From an uncultured Verrucomicrobiota bacterium (lineage in GTDB: Bacteria; Verrucomicrobiota; Verrucomicrobiia; Limisphaerales; JAJXZI01), in assembly GCA_903847485.1 (NCBI GenBank), contig CAINDV010000247.1, positions 1 through 43,993 on the forward strand: a stretch of 43,993 bases of DNA. The letters are read 5' to 3'. Numbering within the stretch: position 1 is the first letter of the stretch; the number at the start of each line of letters is the position of its first letter. A program made the translations under genes and the position numbers. Of this stretch, positions 1-7,601 are shown piece after piece. The notes below the pieces were generated by a model. That model was given only the letters and a program-made list of their open reading frames with translations. It was not told the DNA's origin and made no database searches.

Positions 1-334
1 GTTAATCTCCTGTTGTAGCACAGCGCGGCTGTGCCCCGGTGCGGACAGTGTTAACAGGCGCATGCCTGACCTTACTTCCTCCAGCACACATCCGCAATGA
101 ATTATGTCGCTGTGTATAAGACACAAAGACCGAGTCATAATGCCAAGCTCACAGTTTCCCTCCATCAAAACCATCCCCCCGGCAGGTGAAGCCGGTCACG
201 CCCCGGTGATTCGTTTTCAACCCGTCCTGGTTGCTTTGTTTCTTCGTTGTTCTATTTCCAACTGCTGTTCCCAGGTTCAGACGAAAACCACGTCGGAGTC
301 GTGCCAACGGCGGAGAACGGTGATTTCTTAAGCT

Positions 335-784
335 TTGGTTGACTCACCAAACAGTGACTGGCTGGCGAAATCCAACCTCTCCGTGTCATCCGTGAAATCC
401 GTGGTCAGTTCATCTGCCTGGATACGGCTAAGCGGTGAAACCGGGCGCATCCTGGTTAACGGCGTGGAAGTTACCAACCGACTCGGGATGGGCAGGCCCG
501 ACGACGTCGTGCGTAGAAACAACTACGTCGCTCGCGGCGTCTGGCCCGGGGGCAGATCAAATGCCCCAGTGGAAATGGCCGAAGTCCGCATCTGGAACGT
601 GGCCCGCAGCCAAGCGGAGATCCCGTCTGACATGAACCGAAGTCTGGTCGGCGTGGAACCAGGGCTGATGGCGTACTACCGGATGGCCGAAGGCGCGGGC
701 ATGACCGCCTTCGATGCCAACACCAATCACCTGAGCGGCACGCTGATGAGCCGCCCGGCGTGGGTTGCGACTGCGGCTTCTTGA
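335..784 (+). pseudogene. LamG/concanavalin-A-like lectin domain fragment (C-terminal half only), probable gene remnant
   Basis: The translation ...GRILVNGVEV...VEMAEVRIWNVARSQAEI...GLMAYYRMAEGAG...LSGTL follows the conserved C-terminal strand pattern of LamG jelly-roll domains. The ORF opens directly after an in-frame TAA (329-331). It has no signal peptide and no N-terminal half. Confidence 0.4.
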
Positions 785-1019
785 CCTGCCAGCCGTGGAA
801 CGGCACCAACGGCGGCGGGCGGGCCTTCTTCGCGCATCAGGTGACACCGGGCAGCAACAGCGTCATCAGCCGATGGAAAGGGATATCGCGGGGATGGTGG
901 GTTACAGCATGTCCACTTCCACGATCTTCTTGGCGTTATCCCACCCGCCGCTACCGCCTCCGCTTGCCGTAAGGTGCCGGCGCTTGAAGCGAGTAGCAGA
1001 CGGTTCGCAACCGCGCAGT

Positions 1020-3731
1020 TCAGACAAGCGGTCCAACCCGCTCCAAGCGGAGCGCGGGCTCCCCAGCTTCGCGCGATGCCGCGAGGTCAACGCGGAACTC
1101 GGCCACCCAATCGTTGTGGCCTTCGGGATCCACGAGCACTTGCTGGACGCGCCAGGTCAGCTTGTCCTCCGACGGCGTGACGTAGGTGTGACGCATGTTG
1201 CGGGCCTCAGGAGTGAGCAGGAGTTGCTTGTGGCCGGCGAGATAGTCGTCCATGAGTTTGGCCAGGCGGTCGGCGGTCCAGGCGTTACCTTCTGAATCGG
1301 AGAGTCGGCGAATCGGTGAGACGGCGACGGCTTCCCTAGTCGCCGTTTCTCCGTCTCTCCGTCTCTCCGTTTCCACCAGTGCCCCGAGCGCCGCCTCGTA
1401 GTCTCCAATCACTAACCCGCGCAGGAAGGTGAAGATGCGATTGCGAATGGCTGCCGTGAACGCCTTGGTGTCCCGCGTAATGTCGGCGGCGGCTTCCTCG
1501 GCGCCGGGCGGTCGGACTTCCTTAGTCTCGGCGCGCTGATAACTCGGATTGCGCAGCTTCTCCCATTCGTCGAGCAGGCTGGAATCCACCTGCCGGATCA
1601 TCGTGCCGAGATAGAGTTCCATCTCTCGCAAAGTGTCGTTCTTCGCCGTGTCGGGCACGGTCTGCGCCAGGACTTTGAACACGCTGTTCAAGTGCCGCAG
1701 CAGCAAGCCCTCACTGCGCTGAAGCTCATAGTCGCGGATATAGTCGGCGAAGGAGCGGAAGGTCTCGAACATCTCCCGCGCGATGCTCTTAGGCCGGATG
1801 TTCTCTTGGCCCACCCACGGATGTTTGTCGGCGAAAGCGTTGAAGGTCGAATAGATGAACTCGCGATTAGGCTTCGGATGTTCGAGCTTCTCCAGTTCCT
1901 CCATGCGCCGGTCATAGTCCAGGCCTTCCGCCTTCATCTCGGCAACGGCCCGGCCTTTGATTTTGTCGAGCTGCTTCCTGAGAATGATGACTGGCTCTTC
2001 CAAGATGGACTCGACCAGAGTAAGCACCACTAGCGCGTAATCCTCCTGCTCCGGGTTGACCAGCGGGATGGTTTCCAACAGATAAAGCGACAGTGTCTGG
2101 TCCATCGAGAAATCGTCCTGTAACTCGATGTTCACGCGGAGCTTCCGCCGCTTAGTGGCGCAGGCGTCCTCGCCTGCGACTGTCCTGCAAGCGTCCCCGC
2201 TTGCAGTGTCCGTGCGGACGGAGACGTCCGCAGGACTTCCGGAAGGCGCGGACGCCTGCCCCACTATCTCAATAATCTTCCGTTCCACTAAGGACCGGAA
2301 TAACTGCCACGCCCGCTTGGTATGCTCCTTCTTCTGCCGGGGTGTGTCATGACAGTCGCGGATTAATCGCTGCATCGCCGCGCAACCATCGCCTTCACGG
2401 CTCAGCACATTCAACAGCATCGCGTGGGTTACCTGGAACCGCGATACCAGCCGCTCCGGCGGGGCCGCCATGAGTCGTTGAAACGTCTTCACGTCCCAGT
2501 TCACGAAGTTATGATCCGGTTGCTTGCGCTTCACGCCTTTCTTACCGCCTTTCGCCACCTTCTCCTCTAGCTTGAGGTTCTCGACTGTATGCTCCGGTGC
2601 CTGCGCCACGACCCAGCCTTGGTCATCGAATCCCTTCCGCCCCGCCCGCCCACTAATCTGATGAAAATCCCGCGCGCTCAGGATGCCCGTCTTCTGCCCG
2701 TCGAATTTGCACAGCCGCGTGAACAGCACCGTGCGGATCGGCACGTTGACGCCCACGCCCAAGGTGTCCGTGCCGCAGATGATCTTGAGGAGGCCCTTCT
2801 GCGCGAGTTGCTCGATCAGCACGCGATACTTCGGCAGCAACCCGGCGTGATGAATCCCGATCCCATGCTTGAGCCACTTGCGAATCTCCGGGCCGTAGGG
2901 ACTGGTGAACTTGAACCCGGCAATCTCGTTGGCGAGGGCGTTCTTCTCCTCCCGGGTGCAGACGTTGATGCTGGTGAAATCCTGCGCGCTCTGGGCCGCA
3001 TCCATCTGTGTGAAATGCACCACATACACCGGCGCCTTCTTCTCCGCCGCCAGCTTTTCCAATGTCTGCGCCAGCGGGATTTCCGAGTAACCGAACTCCA
3101 GCGGCACCGGCCGCGTTTCGGACTTCACCGTGGCGGTCGCGCGTCCGGTCAACTTAGTCAACTCTTGAGCGAAGAACTCGGTCTCGCCTAGCGTCGCGGA
3201 CATCAGTAGGAACCGCGTGTGCCGCAAAGTGAGCAACGGCACCTGCCAGGCCACACCGCGGTCACGGTCGGCATACCAATGAAACTCGTCCATCACCACG
3301 TCATCCACCTTGGCGTCCGAACCCTCTCGGAGCGCGATGTTAGCGAGTATCTCGGCGGTGCAGCATAGGATGGGGGCGTCGCGATTCACCGAGGCATCGC
3401 CGGTGGCCAGACCCACATTGTCCGGCCCAAACTCGCGGCACAGCGCCATGAACTTCTCATTCACCAATGCCTTGATCGGGCAGGTATAGACCGACCGCCT
3501 CCCCCGCGCCAGTGACGCGAAGTGCAGCGCCGTTGCCACCAGCGACTTACCCGACCCAGTGGGCGTGTTCAGGATGACATTCTTCTCCTCGAATAACTCC
3601 AGCACCGCCTCCTCCTGCGCCAGGTAGAGTGTAAGTCGTCGGCCCGCGACGTAATCCAGGAACTTCCCCAGCAGGTTATCGCTGCTGAGGTTCTCGTCGC
3701 GGGGCAAAAGGTCGTAAAGCATCATGGCCAT
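1020..3731 (-). CDS. Superfamily-2 DEAD/DEAH-box helicase, Ski2-like core with a long DUF3516-type C-terminal region (SftH-like)
   Basis: 903-aa ORF with an ATG start. Motifs: Walker [10 protein letters not shown], motif Ia [12 protein letters not shown], motif [10 protein letters not shown], motif III LMSATLG, motif [13 protein letters not shown]. The family name is from memory of DUF3516 helicases. Confidence 0.9.
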   Translation of the reverse strand: MAMMLYDLLPRDENLSSDNLLGKFLDYVAGRRLTLYLAQEEAVLELFEEKNVILNTPTGSGKSLVATALHFASLARGRRSVYTCPIKALVNEKFMALCREFGPDNVGLATGDASVNRDAPILCCTAEILANIALREGSDAKVDDVVMDEFHWYADRDRGVAWQVPLLTLRHTRFLLMSATLGETEFFAQELTKLTGRATATVKSETRPVPLEFGYSEIPLAQTLEKLAAEKKAPVYVVHFTQMDAAQSAQDFTSINVCTREEKNALANEIAGFKFTSPYGPEIRKWLKHGIGIHHAGLLPKYRVLIEQLAQKGLLKIICGTDTLGVGVNVPIRTVLFTRLCKFDGQKTGILSARDFHQISGRAGRKGFDDQGWVVAQAPEHTVENLKLEEKVAKGGKKGVKRKQPDHNFVNWDVKTFQRLMAAPPERLVSRFQVTHAMLLNVLSREGDGCAAMQRLIRDCHDTPRQKKEHTKRAWQLFRSLVERKIIEIVGQASAPSGSPADVSVRTDTASGDACRTVAGEDACATKRRKLRVNIELQDDFSMDQTLSLYLLETIPLVNPEQEDYALVVLTLVESILEEPVIILRKQLDKIKGRAVAEMKAEGLDYDRRMEELEKLEHPKPNREFIYSTFNAFADKHPWVGQENIRPKSIAREMFETFRSFADYIRDYELQRSEGLLLRHLNSVFKVLAQTVPDTAKNDTLREMELYLGTMIRQVDSSLLDEWEKLRNPSYQRAETKEVRPPGAEEAAADITRDTKAFTAAIRNRIFTFLRGLVIGDYEAALGALVETERRRDGETATREAVAVSPIRRLSDSEGNAWTADRLAKLMDDYLAGHKQLLLTPEARNMRHTYVTPSEDKLTWRVQQVLVDPEGHNDWVAEFRVDLAASREAGEPALRLERVGPLV
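2159..2258. repeat. Cluster of GC-rich palindromes (REP-like) embedded in frame in the helicase CDS
   Basis: Stems: cgcaggcg-tcct-cgcctgcg (2159-2178), ctgcaagcg-tccc-cgcttgcag (2185-2206), cggacg-gaga-cgtccg (2215-2230). There is a long-range pair caggcgtcc (2161-2169) / ggacgcctg (2250-2258). The region encodes the low-complexity peptide [17 protein letters not shown]. Confidence 0.6.
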
Positions 3732-3790
3732 CGGGTGCCGACTCTAACGGCCAACCAAGAAATCTCCAAGCCCCGAAAGCCGAAAAAACC

Positions 3791-4201
3791 TCACCTTTGA
3801 AGCAGCGCCTTGCGAATCCGCGCCAGGCAACGCGTCGGCTTCTGCAACTCATGTTCCCAAATTCTCACCACCCGCCAATCCGCCGCGCGCAAGGTGCGGT
3901 TCACCTTCCGGTCCCGCGCTTGGTTCGCCGCCAGTTTCTTCCGCCAGAACGCGGCGTGGTTGCGGGGCTTCGTGGCGTGCTTCGGGCAGGCGTGCCAGAA
4001 ACAGCCGTCCACGAACACCGCCATGTGCAGCTTTGGAAAGATGAAGTCTGGCTTGCCGAAAACGTGCTGGTTCCGCCGCCAGCCGGTGATGCCGTGCCGT
4101 CGAAATAGCTTCGCCAGCGCCAGTTCCGTGTCCCGGTTCCCGCGCGAGCGGATGCGGGACATCACCTCTGAGCGCTTGGCTTGGGTGAAGACGTCGGCCA
4201 T
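3791..4201 (-). CDS. vsr: Very-short-patch repair endonuclease (T:G mismatch nicking)
   Basis: 136-aa ORF. N-terminal SEVMSRIRSRGNRDTELAL and core GKPDFIFPKLHMAVFVDGCFWHACPKH...WRVVRIWEHEL are classic Vsr signatures. It is the last gene of the dcm operon. Confidence 0.9.
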   Translation of the reverse strand: MADVFTQAKRSEVMSRIRSRGNRDTELALAKLFRRHGITGWRRNQHVFGKPDFIFPKLHMAVFVDGCFWHACPKHATKPRNHAAFWRKKLAANQARDRKVNRTLRAADWRVVRIWEHELQKPTRCLARIRKALLQR

Positions 4202-4208
4202 TCCAAGC

Positions 4209-4934
4209 TCAAGCGGCCCGCTGGCGGAATCGGTCGAACTCTTTGGGTAAGAGCTGAAGCAGTTCCGTCGCGCTCAGGCCGTAGAGATACCACGTCAGGT
4301 CAAGCTGGTTGAGCAAGGTTGCCAGCCGGCGCGCGGCTCCGCGCACGTCTGAGCCTGCTCCGCGTTTGAAGGAGGTTTTGGCTGGGTCGTAGTAGAGTTG
4401 GGTAGCCGCTTCGGCGACGGCGCGGTTGGTCACCAGTTCCTTCCGCGAGGCAAGTTGCTCGGCTATTTCACCGGGCTTCCACAGAGGATTGCAGAGCATG
4501 GCTATCGCCCGCTGCGGTGAGTCGCGGTGTGCTCGCACGATGAGGAATGGCCCCACCAACAAATGGCGATAGAACCGCTGGTGGTTGTCCAGGATCGGTA
4601 TCAGACGCGCTTCGTCTTTCGGGTCGCGCCTGCCGAATCCATCTGCCGGACAGACCTCATCGAAGTAGAAGAGTGTCAGCCAAGTCCACAAACCTTGGTC
4701 GCGTTCCGGAAGGTTGGTTCCTGCCTTGTCGAGCAGTTCATTGAAGAACAAGCCAGCTTCAAGACGATTGGCAAACGAACGGACCACGACTTCAACGTTT
4801 CCTGGCAGAGTTTCTGTCACTGCCGGGTCTGTCAGAAGTCCGAGTGGTGGTGCAAGCGTAGGTTCCAGCGCCAGTCGGGCGCGATACATGGCGAAAGCCT
4901 TCACTCCATCAGCATTGAAACGGCATAGTTTCAT
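4209..4934 (-). CDS. Hypothetical protein (241 aa), fourth gene of the dcm-vsr operon, no recognisable domain
   Basis: It is the longest ORF at this locus. Its ATG overlaps the upstream stop as ATGA (4931-4934), and it ends 7 nt before vsr. I can name no motif. Confidence 0.65.
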   Translation of the reverse strand: MKLCRFNADGVKAFAMYRARLALEPTLAPPLGLLTDPAVTETLPGNVEVVVRSFANRLEAGLFFNELLDKAGTNLPERDQGLWTWLTLFYFDEVCPADGFGRRDPKDEARLIPILDNHQRFYRHLLVGPFLIVRAHRDSPQRAIAMLCNPLWKPGEIAEQLASRKELVTNRAVAEAATQLYYDPAKTSFKRGAGSDVRGAARRLATLLNQLDLTWYLYGLSATELLQLLPKEFDRFRQRAA

Positions 4935-5707
4935 GGGCGTGTTTCCTCCTCAAAGGTTAAATCCAAGTTAGTCCGTAGTTGGTGGCGGCGCGCGAATGCG
5001 GCCACGGCTTCGTCAATCCAAGCTTCGCGGTCCTGCTTCTGGTCAGGACTTGGAAGTGAAAGGGAAACGCCGAGACTCCGTGCGAAGCGCACCCAGTCCG
5101 CCTGCCAGCCCGGCCCTTCGTCGTCCTCAGCCCACTGTTCGTCAATCAGCACGCGAGTCAGCAACCGGCGCAAGACTTCGGGATAAACCAGCGCGAGAAA
5201 GTGCTGAGTGCGCGCCAAGTCTCGCCAGCTTGGTTTGGCTTCGATATTGACAAGCAAGCGCGGAGGCTCGTGCTCCAAGTCCAGTTTCCAGAGCAGTTCG
5301 CCAAGGGTGTCTGGCACCGGCTCCAGTAAAGGCCGCCGCTTGTCGCTGGCCTCACCCGCTTTGACGAAGTTCAGACCGTCTGCCTCGCCAAGCAGCTTGT
5401 GATGCTCCTGGCCGGGCGGTTGGACCACCCGTACGCGGAACAAGATGCCGTCCGGCACGTCGAACTCGGCCAGGCGCCGGTTCGGTGTGGGGCGCATGTC
5501 AGACACCGTGCCCCAAGCAAACTGCATCCAAAGGTTTTGCCGGTGAGCCTCCAGCCAGACCTCGGCATTGCGCGGGAAGCGATATTCCGCCAAGCGCAAG
5601 TCGGCATCAAATACCCACGTTCCGCGATCCTCGCGAAGCGTGATCGAAACGTGGTTCCGTTTGATGTTTTGCCGTCCCGTGTAGTTAAATGTTCTCTTCA
5701 TCGCCAC
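4931..5707 (-). CDS. Hypothetical protein (258 aa), third gene of the dcm-vsr operon; contains a literal PD-x22-EAK string (possible PD-(D/E)XK nuclease, unproven)
   Basis: The ORF overlaps the upstream GHKL gene by 23 nt and the downstream gene by 4 nt. The peptide is ...EPVPDTLGELLWKLDLEHEPPRLLVNIEAKPSW (P132-D133 ... E156-A157-K158). Confidence 0.65.
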   Translation of the reverse strand: MAMKRTFNYTGRQNIKRNHVSITLREDRGTWVFDADLRLAEYRFPRNAEVWLEAHRQNLWMQFAWGTVSDMRPTPNRRLAEFDVPDGILFRVRVVQPPGQEHHKLLGEADGLNFVKAGEASDKRRPLLEPVPDTLGELLWKLDLEHEPPRLLVNIEAKPSWRDLARTQHFLALVYPEVLRRLLTRVLIDEQWAEDDEGPGWQADWVRFARSLGVSLSLPSPDQKQDREAWIDEAVAAFARRHQLRTNLDLTFEEETRP

Positions 5708-7601
5708 CTTTCAATTCAATCGCGCGTACCACCAAGTCGCGCTTCTTGTCAAAACCACAGACGCCAAATTGGAAGTCGGGCTTGCGCAATTCCAGTTCGA
5801 GTGAGTTGTCTTCTTCACGAGTCACAACAACCCCGTTCGCCTTTGGCTCCTGTCTGAGTGGCTGGCGCGTGAAAATGAAATCGTCGGACGCCCATCGTTT
5901 GATGGCATTCCCTCGCCGCACAGCGTAGGCCGCCTCAATGCGGACCCTGACCGGGAACGATTCTGGTGGAGCATTGCCTGGCTTGAGGAGGAAGCCGCCC
6001 TCAACTTGGCGGAGTTCAAACCGCTTCGGTTTCGGCAGCACCCCACCAGGAGGCTCGCTCTGTTTGGCATCCTCACCCGGCTTGGGCTTTTTGGAAGGTT
6101 CCACAGGACCGTCGTCGGTTGGAAGATAAAACAGGTCCAAGAGCAAGGTAGGCTCTCCTTTGGTATCGCGCGCGTGGAGGGCCTGCATGATTTCAAACAC
6201 GCTTCGCGTCACGAACTTGATGGTGTCAGGACCATGGAAATAGCGGTTGTGGAACTTGGGCGAATCCTTTTGCCATTGCGTGTGGTTCACACCTTCCGCG
6301 TCCCCCAGCAAGCCAGCCAGCGGCGGGTCTGCCACCTCGACGAGTGAGCGGCAACCTTGCAACTGTGGAGCACGGACGTCTTTGATAAGAATGCCGTCTC
6401 GCAGGAATAGAGGCCGGTGGCCGGCATCACGGCATGGCGCGATGAAAACGGTGAAGTGCGACATAGCTTCGGGCCGCCCGTCCTTGGGGCGCACGCGGAC
6501 CGGAATCCTCACCCCGACCTTCTGACTTGTTTCCATCCGCGCACGAATCTCGCTCAGCTTGGCGTCGGACAGAAGCAACTCACCGCTCTTTCGCCAATCA
6601 GGTTGCTTGGCGACTTCCTCGGAGAGCTTCACAATTTCGGCCGGCTTCGCATACGCAGCCCAAGCAGCGAATTCAACCACGGCAGCCTCCGATGGCTGTA
6701 GCACCGACCGATGCACAGCGATGGATTCAGCATCAATGCGGTGGCTGTGTCCTGGCTCTTCCAGTTCGACCACAAGTTCCCCAAGCAGAACAGGCCAGAA
6801 GAAGTTTCGAACCACTGCCCGTCGCAAATCCTCCATGCTTAAACGGTCATCCACGCAGGGCACCACGACCGAAAGCCCTGGCTTGTCTTGCCGTTTGAGG
6901 CCAAGCGTTTGCTCGAATTGCTGAATGAAGTCCGATTCGGTCACTGGCAGCACTTGTTCGCTCTCGTTGGCACGGCAGCCGAACCAGCCATCCGGCTGGA
7001 AATCCTTGCCGGCAACCGAATGGCTGCGGACTACGGCGGAACCCATGAGTACTTTTGTCGGCGTGTCGCTGCGGACGCTCAGGCCAAACATGGAATGCAG
7101 ACGGCTGGCAGTGGGGAAAACCTGCTTGCCAATTCCCCAGCGTCCCAGGTTGTCACCGGTCTTCGATGAGCGGCCTTCCGCCCGGAAGAAGCTAAGGAAC
7201 GCGTTGTTGTCCGCACGTTCCAACTGCCACTCTGAAACGTCTCCGTTCAGCCCCTTGGTTCCGAAGTCCTCAAAGACTAGAAAGCCGATATCGCCGTTGA
7301 GTAAGTCAGCGAAGTTGCCGTTACCCAAGCCTCTTTCAAAATGGACGCGAGCCGGCTGAAACAAGGCGAGCAGCGCACTGCGAGCGTGCTCCGTCGCCCC
7401 TGTCACCAGCGCGATTCTCACCGTGACCTGCCGCTCGCTGGCACCACCTCGCTGTGCGGCGTCCAGCGAGTTCTGAATGCCTTCGCGCACTAGCGCTTCG
7501 CTTAGGTTTTCAAGGCTCTCCGCCGTGAAGAAGGCATCGTTTGCCGAGTCCCTCATCCGGTCGCAGGCTCTTCTTTCATTGAAATGCCACTGTGGTTTCA
7601 T
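5685..7601 (-). CDS. GHKL (Bergerat-fold) ATPase-like protein, MORC/paraMORC-like N-terminus with a large uncharacterised C-terminal region
   Basis: 638-aa ORF. N box REGIQNSLDA (E40/N44/D47), G1 box FEDFGTKGLNG (D112-x-G-x-x-G), G2 box LGRWGIGKQVF (G153-x-x-G-x-G). Its start overlaps the dcm stop as ATGA (7598-7601). Confidence 0.75.
   Translation of the reverse strand: MKPQWHFNERRACDRMRDSANDAFFTAESLENLSEALVREGIQNSLDAAQRGGASERQVTVRIALVTGATEHARSALLALFQPARVHFERGLGNGNFADLLNGDIGFLVFEDFGTKGLNGDVSEWQLERADNNAFLSFFRAEGRSSKTGDNLGRWGIGKQVFPTASRLHSMFGLSVRSDTPTKVLMGSAVVRSHSVAGKDFQPDGWFGCRANESEQVLPVTESDFIQQFEQTLGLKRQDKPGLSVVVPCVDDRLSMEDLRRAVVRNFFWPVLLGELVVELEEPGHSHRIDAESIAVHRSVLQPSEAAVVEFAAWAAYAKPAEIVKLSEEVAKQPDWRKSGELLLSDAKLSEIRARMETSQKVGVRIPVRVRPKDGRPEAMSHFTVFIAPCRDAGHRPLFLRDGILIKDVRAPQLQGCRSLVEVADPPLAGLLGDAEGVNHTQWQKDSPKFHNRYFHGPDTIKFVTRSVFEIMQALHARDTKGEPTLLLDLFYLPTDDGPVEPSKKPKPGEDAKQSEPPGGVLPKPKRFELRQVEGGFLLKPGNAPPESFPVRVRIEAAYAVRRGNAIKRWASDDFIFTRQPLRQEPKANGVVVTREEDNSLELELRKPDFQFGVCGFDKKRDLVVRAIELKGGDEENI

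Noticed and set aside
104-331. 75-aa ORF in the same frame as, and just upstream of, the LamG fragment.
   Set aside because: It has no LamG-like or other motif and is Cys/Ser-rich low complexity in a lower-GC region. It is separated from the LamG ORF by an in-frame TAA. It is probably non-coding or heavily decayed.
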